Origin: Leptospirales bacterium
Lineage (GTDB): Bacteria; Spirochaetota; Leptospiria; Leptospirales; Leptonemataceae
Reading direction: 5' to 3'
Length of the DNA: 64,000 nt
Assembly: GCA_016788865.1 (NCBI GenBank)
Contig: JAEUSB010000009.1
Coordinates: 1 to 64,000, forward strand
A program made the translations under genes and the position numbers. Under the pieces are notes generated by a model that saw only the letters and a list, made by a program, of their open reading frames with translations, ran no database searches and was not told the origin of the DNA. Shown here piece after piece: positions 45,742-53,836 of the stretch (its first letter is position 1; every line of letters starts with the position of its first letter).

Positions 45742-46821
45742 CTACTGGCTCTCAGGCCTCTTTTGATGCGTTTGTAAGATCGCCATCACTTCCTCAATCA
45801 GCCGTCCGATGGGACTGATTCCCTCCCCACCATCGAGTACCGTGTAGTTGTCGATTTTCAGGCTTGATGCAATTTTTGGCAGGGCCTCCAGCAGCCCGGC
45901 TCTGAGCGCAGACTCGGAGAACGTCTGCTCAATCTCGCGACGCAACCGTTCTGTTCCCAGTTTGTGTTGTTCTGCCTGGCTTGCCAGATCCGCCATCCGG
46001 ATTGCAATTTCCAGCAACGGTATTTCCTGTGATTGTTTGAGGTGAAGCTCCAGCGTACGGATTGTTGTGGCCAGGTCGTGTTCCTTCTGAGCAACGTCCC
46101 GCTTGCCCGCCAGGTCTGTTTCTTTCAGGAACTTTTGCTTTTCCAGCTCCGCAAGCCCAAGCTTCTTGTCCGTGCTGAGGTTCTCCATTTCTGTTTCTTC
46201 TCGCTGCTGGTTTTCCTCCAGTGCGATTTGTCGATCTGCGTTGATTCTTGTTTTTGCCGAGTCCAGGCGTATCTTGTTTCTGTATTCTGCCTGGAGATCG
46301 TTAAAGACGTTAGCTGACATTACCTTGACGCTGCGGATTCCAACGTGGTGGAAAACAATGCCCCATCGCGATTCGATTTCCTTGAGTTGTTTTGTCAGCT
46401 CCTGGGCAATGTCTTCTTTTCTGCGATGCGCTTCTTCGATTGTCATGTTTGCGATTACGTGCCGAACTGCTTCCACGCAGATCAGCTGCAGCTCGGCGTT
46501 TGTGCGAGCCATAGGGTCTTCCTCATCAAAGAGGTCAAGAGTGGCGATGGCAACTGTAGGATTCTTTGTGTCAATCTGCCAGCTGGCAAAGCCTTCAATC
46601 CCCAATCCCTGGAAATCTACGTTGGCATTGTCCGTGCTGAATTCCAATGTTTGAATGGCGGCAGGAATGCGCATGAATTTGCGCAGCCCAAACATTCGGA
46701 AGCGGCGACCACCAAGGAGTGGGCGGAGCTTCCTTGCCCCAATTTGGACCAGATATTCGTTGGGAAGGGCCGATTCAAAAAGTATGCCGGTCAACTTCTT
46801 GCGCTTTGAGATATATTCCAT
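45742..46821 (-). CDS. Flotillin-like SPFH domain protein
   Basis: 359 aa with an SPFH-like N-terminal half followed by a long EA/Q-rich coiled coil, as in flotillin/YqiK. Confidence 0.6.
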   Translation of the reverse strand: MEYISKRKKLTGILFESALPNEYLVQIGARKLRPLLGGRRFRMFGLRKFMRIPAAIQTLEFSTDNANVDFQGLGIEGFASWQIDTKNPTVAIATLDLFDEEDPMARTNAELQLICVEAVRHVIANMTIEEAHRRKEDIAQELTKQLKEIESRWGIVFHHVGIRSVKVMSANVFNDLQAEYRNKIRLDSAKTRINADRQIALEENQQREETEMENLSTDKKLGLAELEKQKFLKETDLAGKRDVAQKEHDLATTIRTLELHLKQSQEIPLLEIAIRMADLASQAEQHKLGTERLRREIEQTFSESALRAGLLEALPKIASSLKIDNYTVLDGGEGISPIGRLIEEVMAILQTHQKRPESQ

Positions 46822-46993
46822 TTTGCCCCCGCTGTCCCTTTTGACGATACTTTGTAGTTCAAGTTCAGGATTGTCTGCTCAATTTCAGGGCTTGACGTTC
46901 TTCGAGTTTTGGCGCAATCCACCAGAATGAGCCGCATTCGACACAAACTGAGCACGGTGATTCAAATCGCCATGGTAGCAGGTCTGCTCGCCT

Positions 46994-47492
46994 CTTGCCT
47001 GGCGCAATTTCAGAGCTGAATCTCGGTCCGGGCTTTCTTCGTGGGCTTTCTGGAGCCGAGATTCACAAATACGTTGGTGATGAAGCCATTCTCCTCTGGT
47101 CGACGCAGCAAGGTCGTAAGACGCTAAATTGTATTCGCTTCTTTGGGCTATTCAAGTTGGCCCGCCAGAGAGCATCCGCAAAGTATGCGCGTCGATACGG
47201 CCTGCAGCCTGAGTTTCGCGCAGGACTTCACTTTGGAAAGGTTGTGGCAGGCGAAATGGGAAACCTCCGCAAGGAAGTGGCTTATCTGGGAGATGCAATG
47301 AATACGGGCGCCCGGATGCTCGATGCGGCAAAGAGGATGAATCGCCAGATCGTGATTTCTGAATCGGCGCGCGAAGCCCTGGATCCGCATCTGGAGGCTG
47401 AAGATCTTGGGGCGCATCCAATTCGCGGTAAGCAAAATGAAATGAGGTTGTATTCCGTGGACTATCGGACGTTAAAAGCTGGCTTCGAATGA
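46994..47492 (+). pseudogene. Class III adenylate/guanylate cyclase catalytic-domain fragment (N-terminally truncated)
   Basis: KYVGDEAILLW, RAGLHFGKVVAGEMGNLRKEVAYLGDAMNTGARM, QIVISESAREAL and IRGKQNEMRLYSV align to the C-terminal two-thirds of the cyclase domain. The first metal-binding strand (FADIVGFT-type) is absent. It has a TTG start, and only about 170 bp lie between it and the upstream gene. Confidence 0.5.
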
Positions 47493-47543
47493 ATCCCCGG
47501 AATGAGGACGTCCACAGGCAGTGGAATGTGTTTGAGATTTTGA

Positions 47544-48668
47544 CTACTTCTGAAAAGGGAAGAAGACAATCGGTTGCTGTGTTGTAATGCCCGTGGTAAT
47601 CGGAGAGGTTACCCGGGTTAGCATGCCCGTTGACGATACGGAGAACGTTTCATACTGCGTTGCAACGGTTGAGAATAGAAACTTCCCATCAGGTGAGATC
47701 CGGGCCGTACCGTAGAGAACACTGTTAACATTGGAAATCTGAGTTAGTGCTCCTGTCGACTGGTCAATCGAAAACGTTCCTGTGTTATTCCCACCCGAGC
47801 CCTGGTTGTAAAAAGCAAACCTGCCGTCGGGACTGATCGAATTAATGATCGTGGTGGTGAAGGGCATTACGGCGGTTCGTGCGGCCAGGCTAAAATTTGT
47901 GGCCTGCCCCTGGCCGGTTGAGAACACGAATGCATTTGCATTCGTGGAGACGTACACAAAGCGCGAATCCGGCGTCGAAACAACAGACCATGTGTTGTCG
48001 GTCGGGTCTAAGTTCCCAAGCAGATTCATAGTATTTTGTCCAACTGCGTACTCTCTGAAGCTGGGATTTCCGCCATACCGCGTGTAGAAATACGCGCCGT
48101 CGTGTGAGAATGCCGAGGCCGCGCCCCCTGTTCCTGCACCGGTCAGGAAGGCGAAGGTGAGCGTCCCATCCCCATTTATCCTGTAGGCTACAAGCTCTGA
48201 CGGTGGGGCATGACCCATCACCAGAAAGTCGCCGCTGGGTTTGGGGTAAAGGCCGGCGTAGTTTGCATCGCCCAGTGTGACCGAGCTTGCCAGGCTTATG
48301 GATCCTTTTGAAATTGCGAACACCTGAATCGTATCAAATCCACCGATGGCAGCAAGGCAATACAGGAATGGGCGATTGGGATGTCGCGCCAGGCCTTTGG
48401 TGCAATCAGCCCCTGCAAAGGATCCAATTTGCGCCAGCGCTCCGGTTTCAACGTTATACGAAAATGCGTACAATCCATTTGCGCCGCCAAGGTAGGCATA
48501 CTGTTCGTATTCCGGAAAGAACAACCCGAATAGCGAGTATTCGGGTTTGTACCCTGTTTGGGGGGGGAAGCAGGCCGCGACCAGAAGGCAGACGACCAAC
48601 GTTATCTGGCGCTGGAGGAGAATCATGTTCCATCCAGACGCTTGCCATCGCGTCCAAATTGGCAACAT
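47544..48668 (-). CDS. Secreted hypothetical protein, probable beta-propeller
   Basis: 374 aa with a signal peptide, rich in G, S and T with repeated strand patterns. Confidence 0.5.
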   Translation of the reverse strand: MLPIWTRWQASGWNMILLQRQITLVVCLLVAACFPPQTGYKPEYSLFGLFFPEYEQYAYLGGANGLYAFSYNVETGALAQIGSFAGADCTKGLARHPNRPFLYCLAAIGGFDTIQVFAISKGSISLASSVTLGDANYAGLYPKPSGDFLVMGHAPPSELVAYRINGDGTLTFAFLTGAGTGGAASAFSHDGAYFYTRYGGNPSFREYAVGQNTMNLLGNLDPTDNTWSVVSTPDSRFVYVSTNANAFVFSTGQGQATNFSLAARTAVMPFTTTIINSISPDGRFAFYNQGSGGNNTGTFSIDQSTGALTQISNVNSVLYGTARISPDGKFLFSTVATQYETFSVSSTGMLTRVTSPITTGITTQQPIVFFPFQK

Positions 48669-48706
48669 GATTTCTATGATTCAGGGGATTTCAGTTAAGT
48701 CGCATT

Positions 48707-50122
48707 TCATTTCGCCCACATGGCATTTGCATCCAGGTTTCCTTTCTCGGTTCTGAACTTCTGATCAAATTTCCGCACCCGTGGGCTTTCCTTGAGCATC
48801 CGGCGAGTCTTGAATGCCACCGGCGCTCCGCCACGTTCGCGCATTGCACCGAGGTCATCAAGGTTTGGCGGCGCAGGCACATCCGTTTCTTCTGTCTCGG
48901 TTGTGTCGGCAACTTCTGGTTGAAGAGGCGGCGTGACCGGCTTGTTCAGCGTAGTCTCAAGATAAGCAATGATTTGTTGCGAATAGGGCTTATCGCGGAG
49001 CCACGCATTGGCCGCCTCTATCTTCTTGATTATATCAATGTCTTCCTGAACCGGTTTTGCACCTTTTGCAACGAGAAACTTAAGGATCTCTAAATGGAAT
49101 TCCTCGCGGCCATACAGCTCACGTATCGAAGAACGTGGATTGGTAAGGTCCAGGGCGCCCTTCTCGATCATGTAGCGCGCAAGGTCAGGTTGCGAGTAGT
49201 TGATTGCCCAACCGAATTCCGTAAGCCCGCCACCGCAACCCTGTGTCTGTTCGTGGTCGGCCTTTGCGCCCGCGTCGATCAACATGCGTGCGATCTCAGT
49301 TTTGCGTGTCACGACTGCGTCGCGGAGTGGAGTGATGCCAGCAAAGTTAGCAAGATTTGTATCTGGTTTTGCGGCAAGCAAAGCCGAAATGATTTCTTTC
49401 TTGCCGCCCTTGATCGCGTAGTGAAGCGGAGTTAGTTTGGAAAGCTGTTCCTGGGCACTGACGTTGCTTCCAGCGCCAATCAACCGTTTTACAGCGGACA
49501 GGTCTCCCTGTTTCACTGCATAGTGCAACGTCTTCTTGTACGCTGATGTATCCTTTCCTTCGAGCTTGAGCGCCAGCTCCACAAAACCACCGATTCGAGC
49601 AAAATCCGCGGCGTTGCATTGTGTATTATCGCTTGTGCACCAACCAGGGGACGTGCGAAGCGATTTGTCTCCACCGGCTTTCAGCAAAAGATCCACGAGT
49701 TCATCGTCACCGTGTGAGGCTGCCCACATAAGGGCGCTTTGTTTTGTGCCGGGATTGTGGCCATTCCCCTTTGCACCCATTCGGATCATGCGAATTGCAA
49801 CCTTGCGCATAGGATGGTCGCGTCCCTCGCCCATACTACGAATAGCCCACATGATTGGCGGGTAATCGCCTTTCTTCTGCAAATTGACATTGGCCCCGCG
49901 ATCAAGGAGATAGCTTGCTATTGTTGGTTGGCCGCCATAGCAGTATGCCGCAAGTGAAAGTGCATACTCACCATTCTCAAGTGGTTTGTTCACGTTGCTT
50001 GCTGTGACGGATTTTTTTACCTGATCCAGGTTTCCATTGCAAATGGCATCATGCAGCGCATCAGCCTGAATGCTGGAGGTTGCAAGAGCCGCGAGGAGCA
50101 ATGCGATCTTGATGTTTTTCAT
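48707..50122 (-). CDS. Ankyrin-repeat protein with signal peptide
   Basis: 471 aa with more than 8 ankyrin repeats (G.TPLH.A...G....V..LL..GA..N). Confidence 0.85.
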   Translation of the reverse strand: MKNIKIALLLAALATSSIQADALHDAICNGNLDQVKKSVTASNVNKPLENGEYALSLAAYCYGGQPTIASYLLDRGANVNLQKKGDYPPIMWAIRSMGEGRDHPMRKVAIRMIRMGAKGNGHNPGTKQSALMWAASHGDDELVDLLLKAGGDKSLRTSPGWCTSDNTQCNAADFARIGGFVELALKLEGKDTSAYKKTLHYAVKQGDLSAVKRLIGAGSNVSAQEQLSKLTPLHYAIKGGKKEIISALLAAKPDTNLANFAGITPLRDAVVTRKTEIARMLIDAGAKADHEQTQGCGGGLTEFGWAINYSQPDLARYMIEKGALDLTNPRSSIRELYGREEFHLEILKFLVAKGAKPVQEDIDIIKKIEAANAWLRDKPYSQQIIAYLETTLNKPVTPPLQPEVADTTETEETDVPAPPNLDDLGAMRERGGAPVAFKTRRMLKESPRVRKFDQKFRTEKGNLDANAMWAK

Positions 50123-50307
50123 AGTTTCTTTCCGTTTCCCTGGGAGTTAGCCTGTTAGGTGAAGAACTTGCTCCCGGGTTGTTGTTTGCTTGGACGCGCA
50201 GGAGTTCAAATTGTTTTTGCAAAATCAGGCCTCCGGGAAACGTTTCCTACAATTAGCCTGCACCGCTCTGCTTGCGCGGACGTCCGTCGCGATGCCTCAC
50301 TACCCTT

Positions 50308-51360
50308 CTAGAGGTAGAAGATCTTTTCCAGACCAACCATTGTATTTCCCATCTTTTCTCTACGCGATTCCTGGTAGATAAAATAGTCCAGGATCACTTC
50401 CGAAGTTGGGAAGATCTGAATTGCGCCACCGCTGTTGGAGATAGAATACGATGTATAGCCCGGATAGCTCACGTTGTAGACCATTTCCCTGTATCCAATG
50501 GTGACCTTGAAATCCACGATTGCATAGAAGTTGAGAGCAAATAGCTTGTCAGTTCGCGTAAGTCTGTAGCTGGCTTCTGAACGATCATACGTTGCTTGCA
50601 TCCCGGAGCTGGCAGGCTGAAACACAGTGCGTTCCGCTTTCATGCGTCCGCGCAACGATTCGCTTCTATCAATGCGCGTTGTGACGCTCCATCTCTTAAG
50701 CACGGGAAGCGTTAGTTCGATTCCGCCGTACAGGCCAGACGCAGACGCTTGAAACGGATTGTCCAGAAGGCTTACCGCAACGCCGGACGTTGAAAATGCG
50801 AGTGGCTTATAATTGAAACCAAGTTTTTCACGCACAAACCCTGCGCGCAATGCCAGCAAAGACGTAGCATCGTTTCGAAAATAGCCCATGAAGTTGTAGG
50901 CCGCGCCTGCTGTGGTGCTTGTCCGCTCATAGCCAGAGAGTTCATTGATGTGAGTGCGCTCAGGAGCAGGGAGATCTGACAGACCAAAATGGGTTATAGT
51001 TCCGCGGACGCGAAAATAGGAAGCGTCGAAATATAGCTGCGGAAGGAAGTAGGGCGAGTAGTACGCGCGCACCGGCAGATTGAACTGCGGTTTGTTTAAC
51101 CAGCGATTATTCCACTGCGCCGCCGCAAGGGGCTGTGTGGTGGAATTCTGACCCCGCAGTAGATCGTCCTGGAAGAAACGCGTTTCGAGATCGGATTTGT
51201 AGAAATCGCTCTGCGTACCAGTCCAGAATTGTAGCTGGAGCCCAATAGTATTTCCGGAAAGTTTTTCGTCAGATTCGTTGGGCGCAGCGAATAGCCCCAC
51301 CGTGCAGGCCAGCATTATCAGGATGGCAGAAAGGCTATACGACATGGGCAAACCAATCAT
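50308..51360 (-). CDS. Putative outer-membrane beta-barrel protein
   Basis: Signal peptide at the internal Met (MIGLPMSYSLSAILIMLACTVGLFA). It has alternating amphipathic strands and aromatic-rich C-terminal strands. The ORF track extends the start to 51552. Confidence 0.4.
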   Translation of the reverse strand: MIGLPMSYSLSAILIMLACTVGLFAAPNESDEKLSGNTIGLQLQFWTGTQSDFYKSDLETRFFQDDLLRGQNSTTQPLAAAQWNNRWLNKPQFNLPVRAYYSPYFLPQLYFDASYFRVRGTITHFGLSDLPAPERTHINELSGYERTSTTAGAAYNFMGYFRNDATSLLALRAGFVREKLGFNYKPLAFSTSGVAVSLLDNPFQASASGLYGGIELTLPVLKRWSVTTRIDRSESLRGRMKAERTVFQPASSGMQATYDRSEASYRLTRTDKLFALNFYAIVDFKVTIGYREMVYNVSYPGYTSYSISNSGGAIQIFPTSEVILDYFIYQESRREKMGNTMVGLEKIFYL

Positions 51361-51556
51361 AGTCACGAGTCTTTGGCAATACTTTATCTCGGATTGCCAA
51401 TCAAAAAGACGGGCGCCAATGTGGGTTTCTGTCCGGTGTAACCTGTACTGACTGGACGGTCGGAGTGGCCTCGGGAGAAGTGGGTATGAGCGATTCGCAA
51501 GCAGTGACCATGATAGCAAATGGTACAGGTTCCTGCGCTTCGCCAAATCCAATCTA

Positions 51557-51838
51557 TTGTGTGCAACAATGAAACCGGAAGAGATTAAACAGGCTTTTGC
51601 AAAGATTCAGCGTCGCAATCTGTTTGCAGGTGTCATTGGGGCGTGCGTCTCGGGTCTGCTTCTACTTGCATTAAAGGATTCACTCTCTCCGGAAAATCTC
51701 CTGCTCATGGTTGCTCCCATGTTCGGAATTCTTTTATACGTTCATCTGGTAAACTGGCGCTGTCCCGTCTGTCAGGCGTGGTTGGGACGATTTTTTAACG
51801 TACGTGAATGCCCCGGCTGCAAGGCTAACCTTCGCTGA
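51557..51838 (+). CDS. Small membrane protein with C-terminal CxxC...CxxC zinc ribbon
   Basis: 93 aa with one TM helix, then CPVCQAWLGRFFNVRECPGC. Confidence 0.4.
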   Translation: MCATMKPEEIKQAFAKIQRRNLFAGVIGACVSGLLLLALKDSLSPENLLLMVAPMFGILLYVHLVNWRCPVCQAWLGRFFNVRECPGCKANLR

Positions 51839-51847
51839 AGTGATTGA

Positions 51848-53767
51848 TTATTGAATCTGAAGCTTGAGCTTCTTCCGTGAGAGTTGCCAGATTGCATTGA
51901 GGACTTCCCCGTCAATGCTATGAATCTCACGGGGCTTCGTTCTAAGAATTCTTTCTATTAGAGTGGCGTCAATGCCAAGCGATTGGCTGAGTTTTTCGAG
52001 CTGCACTCGAACTTTGCCATCCGCTTCGCGCGATGCGAGCAACACTACCCAGGCGCGCATCAGGTTTTCTGTTAGATGTTCATCGGCGCGTGCTGCTTCG
52101 AGCCCGGCCTCAAGGGTTTCACTGGACTCAAAGAACCGACGCGCCATAAGATGAAGCAATGCACGCGCAAAATCCGGATTGTTCCGCACAAGATCTTCCA
52201 GGTCGCGACCATCTGCAACCGTTAGAATCGAGTCTGTCTGGCACGTTGCAGTTGCATTCCGTGGCAATGATCCCGCAATCGCCATCTCACCAAGAATTTC
52301 TCCCGGTCCGAGCAAGGCCAACTCCTGTTCCACATTGCCAACGTGCTTTGTGACGCGAACGGTTCCCTGGCGAATCATGAAGAATTCATCGCCGGGTTCT
52401 CCCTGACGAATTAGAACGCTTCCCTTCGAAAAGTACCGCAGGTCACTCATTACACTCTCAGGCTGCACAAACAACCTGCGGATGACCGAATGGCCCGGCG
52501 TCTTGAAGAAGTAAGCTATGCCCTGCCCAATACGCATCATCCACAGGCGGAAGAGGAAATACCGTATCTCTCGATTTGCTTCTTGATCAAATTCAAACAC
52601 GGTTCCAAATTCCATCCGAAGGTTTTTATGGTTGTCCCAGATCGCACGGGCTCTTACTGAGGGGGAAACAAGCCGCCCCCTTGAAAAGTTAACAGTTACT
52701 TCTTCTCCAACGTTATGCGGCGTTGTGGTTTTTAAAAAGAAACCCGCATGGAAAAGATCATACGTGGTTGCGTGTTCGGAACTGCCTTCAATCCATGCCT
52801 GCATCACGAAAGGTATGCGGAGCATGCCCGCGCGGAAGAATCCGGGGTTAAATATTCCCGACGCAATGAGTGCAGCAAGGAGCAAGAGCGGCAATGTAAC
52901 GAGGAAAGCAGTGCGTTCGCTGGGTGGGATACTCCGAAAGATTACCGTATCCTGAAATAATGGAATGGCCGCAAACACCGACGCTAGAATGATTCTCCGA
53001 GGACCCAGCTTGAGTTTAAAGACAGGTGGGTACTCAGCTCGCTCGCTGGAAATCGAGCGCAGGATCCAGCGCTCAAATTGCGACTGCCTTTTCAGAATCA
53101 TCCACTGCGGGAAACGGAGTCCCATGCTTGCGACAATTGCGGGTGATGGGATGGATCGCGCATATGCAAGGTGCATGTCGAATAGAACAAGCGACGGAAA
53201 CAGGATTGCTGTGCTTGCAACCCAGGGTTTGCCTGCAAGTGTGAAGAAATCGAACAGCGCATGCAATAGAAATGGCAAAGCGAACGCAATTATGCAGGAT
53301 GCGACGCGTTGAAATCCGATTCGATTTTCCGCCATCCACAAATAGAAACCCATCAGACCACACGTGACCAGGTGAATCGGCACCGCTGACAAAAGTCGCG
53401 CGATTACGATTGGATCGCGCTGGCTGATACCGTACAGAAGATTTTCGCAGAATGCAAAAGCAAGTCCTGCTATAGCTCCAAATGCAACATCAACCGAGAG
53501 TGAATTCTTGCCGCGCCAGAATAGAATGCAGACAAACATTGCAAGCTTCTCGGGAAGAGCAGCTTGCAGAAAGGCGGTCATGCCGACTGTGGAAACGATA
53601 GGCGGAATTACAGCGGTCAACAGGAGCAGAAGCGCCGCGGCGAGAACTCCCCGGAACAGGGCATCTATCTGAATCGCCCATGCGTGATGAAACAGGAAGA
53701 AATCCCTGTATATCAGGTAGAAAAGCAGTACTGGCAGCGCGGCGAAAACTACCGCAAGATACCCCAT
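51848..53767 (-). CDS. PrsW-like polytopic membrane domain fused to a cyclic-nucleotide-binding (cNMP) domain
   Basis: The N-terminal ~300 aa are multi-TM with PrsW-like FAFCENLLYG and HLVTCGLMGFYL blocks. The middle has a CAP-family cNMP-binding signature (FFMIRQGTVRV...LGPGEILGEMAI). The C-terminal domain is helical. Confidence 0.6.
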   Translation of the reverse strand: MGYLAVVFAALPVLLFYLIYRDFFLFHHAWAIQIDALFRGVLAAALLLLLTAVIPPIVSTVGMTAFLQAALPEKLAMFVCILFWRGKNSLSVDVAFGAIAGLAFAFCENLLYGISQRDPIVIARLLSAVPIHLVTCGLMGFYLWMAENRIGFQRVASCIIAFALPFLLHALFDFFTLAGKPWVASTAILFPSLVLFDMHLAYARSIPSPAIVASMGLRFPQWMILKRQSQFERWILRSISSERAEYPPVFKLKLGPRRIILASVFAAIPLFQDTVIFRSIPPSERTAFLVTLPLLLLAALIASGIFNPGFFRAGMLRIPFVMQAWIEGSSEHATTYDLFHAGFFLKTTTPHNVGEEVTVNFSRGRLVSPSVRARAIWDNHKNLRMEFGTVFEFDQEANREIRYFLFRLWMMRIGQGIAYFFKTPGHSVIRRLFVQPESVMSDLRYFSKGSVLIRQGEPGDEFFMIRQGTVRVTKHVGNVEQELALLGPGEILGEMAIAGSLPRNATATCQTDSILTVADGRDLEDLVRNNPDFARALLHLMARRFFESSETLEAGLEAARADEHLTENLMRAWVVLLASREADGKVRVQLEKLSQSLGIDATLIERILRTKPREIHSIDGEVLNAIWQLSRKKLKLQIQ

Positions 53768-53836
53768 GACTTATTATCGGGGTGCATGGATCATTTTTTT
53801 TCACAATAAGTTGGGAAAAATCTGTCGTATGGACAT

